From Rebecca billardiae RCC1528 (lineage: Eukaryota > Protista > Haptophyta), in assembly GCA_965240325.2 (NCBI GenBank), contig OZ251230.1, forward strand, positions 2,762,667-2,826,666: 64,000 nucleotides of DNA, given 5' to 3'. Both the position numbers and the translations under genes were made by a program. Positions within the stretch are counted from its first letter, which is position 1. Each line of letters starts with the position of its first letter. Below are positions 44,888 to 56,096 of the stretch, one piece after another. The notes below the pieces were generated by a model, which did not search any database, was not told where the DNA came from, and was given only the letters and a program-made list of their open reading frames with translations.

Positions 44888-47800
44888 GATTAATGCAAGG
44901 TGTCGGCCGCACTGATTTCAGGCGGGCTGGCTCCTCGCGCGCCGCACCGCCCGGTGGGTGCAGTCGACGGAGCCAGGGGCTAGGACCAACTTTCAGGGCT
45001 TGCGGGAGCGCACCGAGTGCACCTGCGTGCCCGGCGGCGGCGCGCGGCTGCATATTATATAGTGATTTTCGCGATTAATGCGAGGTCTCGGCCGCACTGA
45101 TTTCAGGCGAGCTGGCTCCTCGCGCGCCGCACCGCCCGGTGGGTGGAGTCGACGGAACCAGGGGTTAGGGCCAACTGTCAGGCCTTGTGGGAGCGCGCCG
45201 AGTGCACCCGCGCGCCCGGCGGCGGCGCGCGGCTGCCTAATATGCTGATTTTCGCGATTAATGCGAGGTCTCGGCCGCGCTGATTTCAGGCGAGCTGGCT
45301 CCTCTCGCGCCGCACCGCCCGGTGGGTGGAGTCGACGGAACCAGGGGTTAGGGCCAACTGTCAGGTCTTGTGGGAGCGCGCCGAGTGCACCCGCGCGCCC
45401 GGCGGCGGCGCGCGGCTGCATAATATATGCTGATTTTCGCGATTAATGCGAGGTCTCGGCCGCACTGATTTCAGGCGAGCTGGCTCCTCGCGCGCCGCAC
45501 CGCCCGGTGGGTGGAGTCGACGGAACCAGGGGCTAGGGCCAACTGTCAGGCCTTGTGGGAGCGCGCCGAGTGCACCCGCGCGCCCGGCGGCGGCGCGCGG
45601 CTGCATATTATCCTGATTTTCGCGATTAATGCGAGGTCTCGGCCGCGCTGATTTCAGGCGAGCTGGCTCCTCGCGCGCCGCACCGCCCGGTGGGTGGAGT
45701 CGACGGAGCCAGGGGCTAGGGCCAACTGTCAGGCCTTGTGGGAGCGCGCCGAGTGCACCCGCGCGCCCGGCGGCGGCGCGCGGCTGCATATTAGAGTGAT
45801 TTTCGCGATTTATGCGAGGTCTCGGCCGCGCTGATTTCAGGCGAGCTGGCTCCTCGCGCGCCGCACCGCCCGGTGGGTGGAGTCGACGGAACCAGGGGCT
45901 AGGGCCAACTGTCAGGCCTTGTGGGAGCGCGCCGAGTGCACCCGCGCGCCCGGCGGCGGCGCGCGGCTGCATATTAGAGTGATTTTCGCGATTAATGCGA
46001 GGTCTTGGCCGCGCTGATTTCAAGCGAGCTGGCTCCTCGCGCGCCGCACCGCCCGGTGCGTGGAGTCGACGGAACCAGGGGCTAGGGCCAACTGTCAGGC
46101 CTTGTGGGAGCGCGCCGAGTGCACCCGCGCGCCCGGCGGCGGCGCGCGGCTGCATATTAGAGTGATTTTCGCGATTAATGCGAGGTCTCGGCCGCGCTGA
46201 TTTCAGGCGAGCTGGCTCCTCGCGCGCCGCACCGCCCGGTGGGTGGAGTCGACGGAACCAGGGGTTAGGGCCAACTGTCAGGCCTTGTGGGAGCGCGCCG
46301 AGTGCACCCGCGCGCCCGGCGGCGGCGCGCGGCTGCCTAATATGCTGATTTTCGCGATTAATGCGAGGTCTCGGCCGCGCTGATTTCAGGCGAGCTGGCT
46401 CCTCGCGCGCCGCACCGCCCGGTGGGTGGAGTCGACGGAACCAGGGGTTAGGGCCAACTGTCAGGCCTTGTGGGAGCGCGCCGAGTGCACCTGCGCGCCC
46501 GGCGGCGGCGCGCGGCTGCATATTATCCTGATTTTCGCGATTAATGCGAGGTCTCGGCCGCGCTGATTTCAGGCGAGCTGGCTCCTCTCGCGCCGCACCG
46601 CCCGGTGGGTGGAGTCGACGGAACCAGGGGTTAGGGCCAACTGTCAGGTCTTGTGGGAGCGCGCCGAGTGCACCTGCGCGCCCGGCGGCGGCGCGCGGCT
46701 GCATATTATCCTGATTTTCGCGATTAATGCGAGGTCTCGGCCGCGCTGATTTCAGGCGAGCTGGCTCCTCTCGCGCCGCACCGCCCGGTGGGTGGAGTCG
46801 ACGGAACCAGGGGCTAGGGCCAACTGTCAGGCCTTGTGGGAGCGCGCCGAGTGCACCCGCGCGCCCGGCGGCGGCGCGCGGCTGCATATTTGAGTGATTT
46901 TCGCGATTTATGCGAGGTCTCGGCCGCGCTGATTTCAGGCGAGCTGGCTCCTCGCGCGCCGCACCGCCCGGTGGGTGGAGTCGACGGAGCCAGGGGTTAG
47001 GGCCAACTGTCAGGCCTTGTGGGAGCGCGCCGAGTGCACCCGCGCGCCCGGCGGCGGCGCGCGGCTGCCTAATATGCTGATTTTCGCGATTGATGCGAGG
47101 TCTCGGCCGCGCTGATTTCAGGCGAGCTGGCTCCTCGCGCGCCGCACCGCCCGGTGGGTGGAGTCGACGGAGCCAGGGGTTAGGGCCAACTGTCAGGCCT
47201 TGTGGGAGCGCGCCGAGTGCACCCGCGCGCCCGGCGGCGGCGCGCGGCTGCCTAATATGCTGATTTTCGCGATTAATGCGAGGTCTCGGCCGCGCTGATT
47301 TCAGGCGAGCTGGCTCCTCTCGCGCCGCACCGCCCGGTGGGTGGAGTCGACGGAACCAGGGGTTAGGGCCAACTGTCAGGTCTTGTGGGAGCGCGCCGAG
47401 TGCACCCGCGCGCCCGGCGGCGGCGCGCGGCTGCATAATATATGCTGATTTTCGCGATTAATGCGAGGTCTCGGCCGCACTGATTTCAGGCGAGCTGGCT
47501 CCTCGCGCGCCGCACCGCCCGGTGGGTGGAGTCGACGGAACCAGGGGCTAGGGCCAACTGTCAGGCCTTGTGGGAGCGCGCCGAGTGCACCCGCGCGCCC
47601 GGCGGCGGCGCGCGGCTGCATATTATCCTGATTTTCGCGATTAATGCGAGGTCTCGGCCGCGCTGATTTCAGGCGAGCTGGCTCCTCTCGCGCCGCACCG
47701 CCCGGTGGGTGGAGTCGACGGAACCAGGGGCTAGGGCCAACTGTCAGGCCTTGTGGGAGCGCGCCGATTGCACCCGCGCGCCCGGCGGCTGCGCGCGGCT

Positions 47801-49069
47801 GCCTATTATTGCGATTTTCGCGATTAATGCGAGAACTCGGCCGCGCTGATTTCAGGCGAGCTGGCTCCTCGCGCGCCGCACCGCCCGGTGGGTGGAGTCG
47901 ACGGAACCAGGGGTTAGGGCCAACTGTCAGGCCTTGTGGGAGCGCGCCGAGTGCACCCGCGCGCCCGGCGGCGGCGCGCGGCTGCATAATATATGCTGAT
48001 TTTCGCGATTAATGCGAGGTCTCGGCCGCGCTGATTTCAGGCGAGCTGGCTCCTCGCGCGCCGCACCGCCCGGTGGGTGGAGTCGACGGAGCCAGGGGTT
48101 AGGGCCAACTGTCAGGCCTTGTGGGAGCGCGCCGAGTGCACCCGCGCGCCCGGCGGCGGCGCGCGGCTGCCTAATATGCTGATTTTCGCGATTAATGCGA
48201 GGTCTCGGCCGCGCTGATTTCAGGCGAGCTGGCTCCTCTCGCGCCGCACCGCCCGGTGGGTGGAGTCGACGGAACCAGGGGCTAGGGCCAACTGTCAGGC
48301 CTTGTGGGAGCGCGCCGATTGCACCCGCGCGCCCGGCGGCTGCGCGCGGCTGCCTATTATTGCGATTTTCGCGATTAATGCGAGAACTCGGCCGCGCTGA
48401 TTTCAGGCGAGCTGGCTCCTCGCGCGCCGCACCGCCCGGTGGGTGGAGTCGACGGAACCAGGGGTTAGGGCCAACTGTCAGGCCTTGTGGGAGCGCGCCG
48501 AGTGCACCCGCGCGCCCGGCGGCGGCGCGCGGCTGCATAATATATGCTGATTTTCGCGATTAATGCGAGGTCTCGGCCGCGCTGATTTCAGGCGAGCTGG
48601 CTCCTCGCGCGCCGCACCGCCCGGTGGGTGGAGTCGACGGAGCCAGGGGTTAGGGCCAACTGTCAGGCCTTGTGGGAGCGCGCCGAGTGCACCCGCGCGC
48701 CCGGCGGCGGCGCGCGGCTGCCTAATATGCTGATTTTCGCGATTAATGCGAGGTCTCGGCCGCGCTGATTTCAGGCGAGCTGGCTCCTCTCGCGCCGCAC
48801 CGCCCGGTGGGTGGAGTCGACGGAACCAGGGGTTAGGGCCAACTGTCAGGTCTTGTGGGAGCGCGCCGAGTGCACCCGCGCGCCCGGCGGCGGCGCGCGG
48901 CTGCATAATATATGCTGATTTTCGCGATTAATGCGAGGTCTCGGCCGCACTGATTTCAGGCGAGCTGGCTCCTCGCGCGCCGCACCGCCCGGTGGGTGGA
49001 GTCGACGGAACCAGGGGCTAGGGCCAACTGTCAGGTCTTGTGGGAGCGCGCCGAGTGCACCCGCGCGCC
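44888..49069. repeat. Subtelomeric satellite, ~23 units of 183/185 bp
   Basis: GATTAATGCGAGGTCTCGGCCGC recurs every 183 or 185 bp. Each unit carries GGGGTTAGGG or GGGGCTAGGG. Confidence 0.98.
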
Positions 49070-49637
49070 TAGAAGTATGTTTTCTCGAGATTGACCGAGC
49101 CAAATTCTCTCAAAATTGGAGGGCCCTTAGCGCTTCCCATTTCCATGGCAGAGCCCAAGTCTCGTTGAAATCGGTTCGGTCAATGTACATTGTACATTCG
49201 GAAATGTACATTGTACATTTGGAATGTACTACATTGTACATTCGGATACATTTGATCATCAGATGTACTGTTGCAATGTACATTCGGATACATTCAGATG
49301 TACAATCAAGCAGTGTACAGAGTGTACAAAGTGTACAAATGTGTACATTCAAAATGTATACAATAGTGTACATTCATATGTACAATCAAGAAGTGTACAA
49401 AGTGTACAATATACCGTCAGAATCTACATTCGGATACATTCAGAGGAATGAGCAAAAACATACAGAGTGTACAGATATGTACAGTCAAAAACGTACTTTC
49501 GCGCCTGCAGTCTCAGAGCACAGCACCGGTCGATGCAGGCCCCGCCCCGCCCCCCCATCTGAAGCCTAGTCCTACTTGACTCTGGTGAGCAGCAACTGGT
49601 GAGAGCAGCTGCTCGTACATACGTCCTAGTTCTGTGC
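49070..49637. repeat. Telomere-junction cassette copy 0 (internally deleted, distally truncated)
   Basis: Starts TAGAAGTATG like copies 1 and 2. Lacks ~589 bp including the 18-mer array and ends at GTTCTGTGC. Confidence 0.9.
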
Positions 49638-49653
49638 TACTGGGTTAGAAGTA

Positions 49654-51695
49654 CACAGTAAAGAAATCGATTTTCGGCGTTACCGTAACCCGTCCGCACT
49701 TCCGCCCAGTGGGGATGCGGGGGAATTGTTTTCATGCCGCGTTCGCGGCACTTCGCGCCGCCACAGTGGAGAAAGATCGGGCCGAAGCCGTTTGAGCATG
49801 GTCGGTTGTGGGCACGCCCATTCGAATCGATGGCGCGCTCCGAGCGGCGGGCATGCGCGCATGTGTGCCGCGAGGGGGGCTGCGAGGCGTCGGCCGGCTT
49901 GCCAAGGCGGTTCCCCGGGGCGGCATCACCCTCGCCCGCCCCTCCTCGCCCACCCTCGCCCCACGGGCGGCCACACGTGACCTGTTAAGATGAGTTCACG
50001 GGAGCCGCACGGCACGCGCGCGGAGAGGCGAGGAAGTGGTGTTTCGCGGAAAAACGCTCTATAGCATTGTGCTCAACCCATGTGGTCACCCGCTCCACAA
50101 GTTTGTACGCCGCCAAACCGCACACAGCGGCCTGAGCAGCTCCCAGACTGAGTTTCGCTCTTGAAGCCTGTTTTTGGGCCAGATCTTGGTGTGGATGTAG
50201 CGCGGCGAGGAGGCGCCGGGCGCGCGCCCGAGCTGCGTGCTGGCACTCGCCATGACCCATAGGCATCGTCCGTCGCGAACGACCCGGCTCGCCTCGACCT
50301 CTCCGACCCGCCGGGCAGCCACGACCGAGCACGGCACGACAATGGCCAAACCGGGAGGCTTCTCAGACCGCGCGGGATGGGCATAGGCGCGAGAGAGGGC
50401 GCCCAGCGCGCTCTTGAGATGCACAGGAGCACGCACTGATGCGTATGGAACCATCCCATCACGATCGCCCCGACCTGGCGCGCCCTATCTGGCCCGTCAG
50501 GCTGCCCGCGCCGCCGCCGCCGCGCCACGCCGCCACCACGGGCGCCGCCGCATCACGGGCACATGGGTAAGTCTGTATTCAACAAATACAGAATTTCCGG
50601 TGCGGCCCTCTGTTGGGCGGCAAGGTCGATCTGGTCGACACCTGCCACGCGGCATGGGCCACGGCGCGGCGAGGTGGCGGCTGGCGCACCGCGGCGCGGG
50701 CGGGATGGCTCGAGGACACCACCGCCCCGCCTCCCACGCCGCGCCGTGCGCGTGCGCCGTGCTCTCGTCGCGTACCGAATTTCCTGCGGCGAGCGACAAC
50801 ACACAGCGCGACCATGCCATCGCGCGACGAGCTGCGTTCAGCTCGGCGATTTGTCGTATTTGTTGAATACATGCGGGTACGAATCCGACGCACGACGCCC
50901 TCGACGCACACGTCGAGAGCCACGCGCGCGGCGTGGACTGGCACGCGACGCGGAGATGGCGGGCGCGGTGCCGCGGGCGCGCGACTGGTCTAGAACAGCA
51001 CAATGAAGCGCGGGACGGCGCCGCGCGCGTGGGCTCGCTGCCGTCTCCTCGCAGTCGAATATTTCTGTGCACCCTCCTACCAGGTCAGTCGACCGACTTG
51101 CACGCGGCATGCGAGCACTGCGTGCGGGGAGGAGTGTGACATGGCAGGCTGTGGCGAGGTGGATGGCCGTGCAGGAGTATGCTAGGAAGGGCCGCTCCCG
51201 CGCTCGCGCGGTGCCTCGCGCACGCCTCGTCGAGGACGAGCGTGTTTGAATGGCTCCGGGGAGGCCTGAGACTTCGCTTGTTCACAGCAGCGCGCGACAG
51301 GTGCACACAACGGAGGTGACGACCAGGCACTCCGGCGAGGGCGGCTGTGCTGGCAGCAGACTGCATTCGGAGTAAGATGCGCCATCTTACGCGCCGCTTC
51401 GCCTCGCTGCATCGCCGCACTGAGCAGCAGGGCTCCACGCTCACGAATCTCACGAATGGCTCACCACGAGCTACGTGACCGGCCAGCCGCGTGCAACCCG
51501 GCGAGGCAGAGAGGGGCGGAGGGATGGGGAGGCTGGGTGGAATGTTGCAGTCCCATGCCCGGGGCACTCGTCAGGCGCCTGCGCGGCCACCGTAGCGTCT
51601 TCTGTGCGCTCGTGCGGCCCGCGAGAGAATTTCCCCGAAAATCGGCTCGTGTCGGACGGGTTACGGTAACGATAATCCCGTTTTTGTTCACTGTG
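49654..51695 (+). mobile_element. 2,042-bp non-autonomous CACAGT-ended DNA transposon, TSD TA
   Basis: 43-bp imperfect TIRs (CACAGT...CGTTACCGTAACCCGTCCG). TA at 49652-53 and 51696-97. The empty site GAAG-TA-TGTT is seen at ~49072 and ~54193. No credible ORF. Confidence 0.93.
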
Positions 51696-51700
51696 TATGT

Positions 51701-51814
51701 TTTCTCGAGATTGACCGAGCCAAATTCTCTCAAAATTGGAGGGCCCTTAGCCCTTCCCATTTCCATGGCAGAGCCCAAGTCTCGTTGAAATCAGTTCGGT
51801 CAATCTCGAGAAAT
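51701..51814. repeat. Inverted-repeat block with 18-bp arms TTTCTCGAGATTGACCGA (also 54201-54314; partial at 49081-49184)
   Basis: The arms are exact reverse complements around a ~78-bp spacer. Confidence 0.93.
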
Positions 51815-51852
51815 TCTCATTTTAGTACTGACGACCCTAACCACCACCCTAA

Positions 51853-52135
51853 CCCTAACCCTTACCTGCGCCCTAACCCTTACCTGCGCCCTAACCCTTA
51901 CCTGCGCCCTAACCCTTACCTGCGCCCTAACCCTTACCTGCGCCCTAACCCTTACCTGCGCCCTAACCCTTACCTGCGCCCTAACCCTTACCAGCGCCCT
52001 AACCCTTACCTGCGCCCTAACCCTTACCTGCGCCCTAACCCTTACCTGCGCCCTAACCCTTACCTGCGCCCTAACCCTTACCTGCGCCCTAACCCTTACC
52101 TGCGCCCTAACCCTTACCTGCGCCCTAACCCTTAC
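51853..52135. repeat. 18-bp telomere-like array (CCCTAACCCTTACCTGCG), ~15 units, inverted relative to the telomere
   Basis: Directly visible tandem repeat. Confidence 0.97.
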
Positions 52136-52145
52136 CCTCACCCTC

Positions 52146-52700
52146 ACATTGTACATTTGGAATGTACATTGTACATTTGGAATGTACATTGTACATTTGG
52201 AATGTACATTGTACATTCGGAAGTGTACATTGTACATTTGGAATGTACATTGTACATTCGGAAGTGTACATTGTACATTTGGAATGTAGTACATTGTACA
52301 TTCGGAAATGTACTTTGTACATTTGGAATGTACATTGTACATTCGGAAGTGTACATTGTACATTTGGAATGTAGTACATTGTACATTTGGAATGTACATT
52401 GTACATTCGGAAATGTACATTGTACATTTGGAATGTACTACATTGTACATTCGGATACATTTGATCATCATGCAGATGTACTGTTGCAATGTACATTCGG
52501 ATAAATTCAGATATGTACAATCAATCAGTGTACAGAGTGTACAAAGTGTACAAATGTGTACATTCAAAATGTATACAATAGTGTACATTCATATGTACAA
52601 TCAAGAAGTGTACAAAGTGTACAATATACCGTCACAATCTACATTCGGATACATTCAGAGGAATAAGCGAAAACATACAGAGTGTACAGATATGTACAGT
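52146..52700. repeat. AT-rich TGTACA(TT)-based repeat tract (also 60755-61305 and 49184-49485)
   Basis: TGTACATTTGGAATGTACAT units that decay distally. Confidence 0.93.
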
Positions 52701-53255
52701 CAAAAACGTACTTTCGCGCCTGCAGTCTCAGAGCACAGCACCGGTCGATGCAGGCCCCGCCCCGCCCCCCCATCTGAAGCCTAGTCCTACTTGACTCTGG
52801 TGAGCAGCAACTGGTGAGAGCAGCTGCTCGTACATACGTCCTAGTTCTGTGCGGGGAGTATCCCTCAATAATGTGGTTGGCATCAGCACCAGCCAGTCGA
52901 TCTCGAGTTGCAGCTGTGAGCTGTCAATCATCGATGACGAGACCTCGATGATGACAACGACAGTTGATAGGGCAAATCAAGCGCATGGCTGCTAAGCAGA
53001 GTGGCTGTGGCAGAATAGTATGCTGCGGTGCGGACGAGTGCAGCACCTGTCAAAGCTCAGCTCAAGCGCTGAGCACCTGTCAAAGCTGCCCCCGCCCCGC
53101 CCCCCCATCTTGCTCTTGGCTCAACCTGCACAGGGGGCGCGCACAGAGCAGCACCCATTGCATGCCACAGCTCAAGCAAGCAGAGGGGACGATTGCTCTC
53201 CAGCCTTGTCAACGTGCGCAAGCGGATCCTTGACCGCCCATCTCAGAATGATTTG

Positions 53256-54179
53256 CCCAGCTCGGCAGAGTCGGCCGGCCCAGAGCCTCCTGGGCCGCCA
53301 GACACGCCGCCCCAGCCGGCCGCCACCGGGTCGAAACGGCCGCGGCTGGTAACCTCACTCAGGGTAGATGTCTCTTTGGGCCTAACCTCACCACTGCGCG
53401 CCCAGTGCGCAGCCGGCGCGCAGCCTGGCGCCAGCCCTCCCAGCCCAGCTGGAGCCGGCCTGGGAGGCTCTGGGCAGCCCAGCTCGGCCCACTCGGCCGG
53501 CCCAGAGCCTCCTGGGCCGCCAAACACGCCGCCCCAGCCGGCCCCCACTGGGCCGAAACGGCCGCGGCTGGTAACCTCACCCAGGGTAGATGTCTCTTTG
53601 GGCCTAACCTCACCACTGCGCGCCCAGTGCGCAGCCGGCGCGCAGCCTGGCGCCAGCCCTCCCAGCCCAGCTGGAGCCGGCCTGGGAGGCTCTGGGCAGC
53701 CCAGCTCGGCCCACTCGGCCGGCCCAGAGCCTCCTGGGCCGCCAAACACGCCGCCCCAGCCGGCCCCCACTGGGCCGAAACGGCCGCGGCTGGTAACCTC
53801 ACCCAGGGTAGATGTCTCTTTGGGCCTAACCTCACCACTGCGCGCCCAGTGCGCAGCCGGCGCGCAGCCTGGCGCCAGCCCTCCCAGCCCAGCTGGAGCC
53901 GGCCTGGGAGGCTCTGGGCAGCCCAGCTCGGCCCACTCGGCCGGCCCAGAGCCTCCTGGGCCGCCAAACACGCCGCCCCAGCCGGCCCCCACTGGGCCGA
54001 AACGGCCGCGGCTGGTAACCTCACCCAGGGTAGATGTCTCTTTGGGCCTAACCTCACCACTGCGCGCCCAGTGCGCAGCCGGTGCGCAGCCTGGCGCCAG
54101 CCCTCCCAGCCCAGCTGGAGCCGGCCTGGGAGGCTCTGGGCAGCCCAGCTCGGCCCACTCGGCCGGCCCAGAGCCTCCT
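53256..54179. repeat. 222-bp tandem array, ~4.1 units
   Basis: CAGAGCCTCC at 53281, 53503, 53725, 53947 and 54169. Confidence 0.96.
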
Positions 54180-54624
54180 AGGTTTAGGGTTAGAAGTATG
54201 TTTTCTCGAGATTGACCGAGCCAAATTCTCTCAAAATTGGAGGGCCCTTAGCCCTTCCCATTTCCATGGCAGAGCCCAAGTCTCGTTGAAATCAGTTCGG
54301 TCAATCTCGAGAAATTCTCCACAGTAAAGAAATCAATTTTCGGCGTTACCGTAACCCGTCCGGCGGCCCGCCCAGTGGGCGGAGCGATGTCCTGTTTTTT
54401 CACCCTTCGGCGCCGCCGCTCGCGGAAGACCAGTGGACAGCTTCGGGCCGAGCGTCGTTCAAGCGACGAGCCGAGCGCCCCGCCCGTCGACCCGATCGCC
54501 AGGTATCGTGGCCGTACCGCGCGGCGTACGCGGCGCGCTGCGGCCGCGCGCGATGATGACCCATGCCACAGTGCCCCAACCCCCCGCGTAGGCACCACGG
54601 AGCCCGTCACCAACCTCTCCTTCG

Positions 54625-55617
54625 ATGGTCGAGCGGTACAACGGTGCGCGCGCCGCGAGACTCGACCCGCGCGCGCTCGCGCGCGCGCGCGCGGCGAGGC
54701 GGCGGGCGGATGCGAGATATCTTTCTATAGCATTTCGCCCAACTCACCCACGAACCACGCCCGCATGTTTGTACGCCGTCAATCCGCACACAGCGTCCCC
54801 TGCAGCCCGTGGACTGATTTTCGCTCTTGCAACTGACACGCCGCCGCGCCCCGCGGCGCGCACGGCGCGCGCAGGAGAGGAGGGCCGGAAGCGACCCAGG
54901 GCGCCGACCGCCGCGAAGAAGGTGGTGAAGAAGGCCAAGCTGGGCAGCTCGCCGCCGGCGACCGGCCCCCCGCGCCTCGCGCCGATGCCGATCACCATGG
55001 AGATCGACCTCGCGCCGTGGGTCTCGGACTTCCTCTACATGATGTGGAAGGCGGCGGCGTCGACGTGCCGCGCGGATGGGCGGCACTTCAAGGAGTACCG
55101 GGCGGACCCGATGCCGTGGCAGGTGTTCAAGCACCTGATGACGTGGCTGCTCGAGGGCACGGAGTCGTACATCATGGCGGACCTCGACCCGCGCATCTCG
55201 TACTCGGAGACGGCGGCGCGGCGCACGCACACGGTGCGGCTCACGGACATGCAGCACCTCTCGCGCCGGCTTGGCTTCGGCCAGCTGAAGGCGGACGCGT
55301 CGGTGGCGACGGCGCGGCAGAGCGCGAAGGGCAACCTGAACGCGGTGATCGAGGTGGAGGCGGTGCACGTCACGCGGCGCAACCCGGCGACGTGGCGCAA
55401 GCGCGAGTCGGTGACCGTGCGAGTCTGGCTGGCCGCGGTCAACGCGACGGGGCGCGTGTCGCTGCCGGAGGCGCGGTACACGGCGGCGGAGGAGGCGGCC
55501 ATCACGACGTACATGCGCTCGCTCACGGTGCAGGGCAAGGCGGCGGGCAAGCCGATCAACCCGCAGATGCACCGCGCGCTCCGCCAGGTGGCCAAGGCGC
55601 AGCGCCGCTCGCAGTGA
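54625..55617 (+). CDS. Transposon ORF1 of unknown function (basic NLS-like stretch + ~200-aa globular region); probable intron 54644-54874
   Basis: Strong GC3 bias from 54875 and the basic stretch RKRPR..KKVVKKAK. Donor G|GTGCGC, CTGAC branch-like site and acceptor GCGCAG are phase-compatible. Confidence 0.7.
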   Translation: MVERYNGARAARLDPRALARARAARRRADARYLSIAFRPTHPRTTPACLYAVNPHTASPAARGLIFALATDTPPRPAARTARAGEEGRKRPRAPTAAKKVVKKAKLGSSPPATGPPRLAPMPITMEIDLAPWVSDFLYMMWKAAASTCRADGRHFKEYRADPMPWQVFKHLMTWLLEGTESYIMADLDPRISYSETAARRTHTVRLTDMQHLSRRLGFGQLKADASVATARQSAKGNLNAVIEVEAVHVTRRNPATWRKRESVTVRVWLAAVNATGRVSLPEARYTAAEEAAITTYMRSLTVQGKAAGKPINPQMHRALRQVAKAQRRSQ

Positions 55618-56096
55618 GCGGCAGCGCGCCGCGCGCGCCCGGCGCGCCGCGCGCGCCGCGCGCGCCGCGCGTGCCGCACGCGCCGAGCGAGGGCGGCGGC
55701 GCGGGCGGCGGCGCGGGCGGCGATGGCGGCGGCGGCGGCGGCGGCGGCGGCGCTGGCGGCGGCGGTGGCGCTCACGGCGGCCGAGGCGGCGGCGGCGCTG
55801 GCGGCGGCGCTGGCGGCGGTGCTGATGACGGTGGTGGCGGCGGCGGCGGCGCTCGCACTGCCGCGCCCGAGCTCGCGCGCGGCGCGGCTGACACGGGCGC
55901 GGCTCACGTCGGCGCGGCTGACGACGAGCACGATGCTGGCGGCGCAGACGGCGCGGCCGGCGCAGGCGGCGCAGGCGCGCGCGGCGCGGTCGGAGCGGCA
56001 GCGGCCACAGCGCCTCCGCCGCGGGCGCTCGCGGCAGCCGAGGACGACGGCTCGCCGCTCGGCCCGCTACTCGTTGTCCGGCTCAGCTTGAGCGGG

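Larger units (their letters stand above)
49642..54179. repeat. Telomere-junction cassette copy 1 (interrupted by the 2,042-bp transposon)
   Basis: Order is GGGTTAGAAGTA, inverted-repeat block, 18-mer array, TGTACA-rich array, unique spacer, 222-bp array. Confidence 0.92.

Noticed and set aside
44888-49069. Satellite as a CRISPR array or as a 691-aa repeat protein
   Set aside because: The variable segments are ~10 bp and recur, so they are not unique spacers, and there are no cas genes. The ORF exists because 183 is a multiple of 3 and it breaks at every 185-bp unit.
49230-49520. Hammerhead cores on the minus strand of the cassette, which would support a Penelope origin
   Set aside because: The CTGATGA and CTGAGA..GAAA candidates lack a pairing stem II.
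51785-52784. RPNPYL and MYIVH repeat ORFs
   Set aside because: Translations of the 18-mer and TGTACA arrays, with no coding signature.
53193-54215. 340-aa Pro-rich ORF over the 222-bp array (and its twin at 61798)
   Set aside because: Non-ATG start, open in several frames on both strands, and no GC3 bias. It is a by-product of a unit length divisible by 3.
55017-56096. First ~360 codons of the 1617-aa ORF as real transposase sequence
   Set aside because: 55017-55617 is an off-frame reading of ORF1 and the remainder is Gly/Ala low complexity. It is more likely intron or spacer, though not fully excluded.
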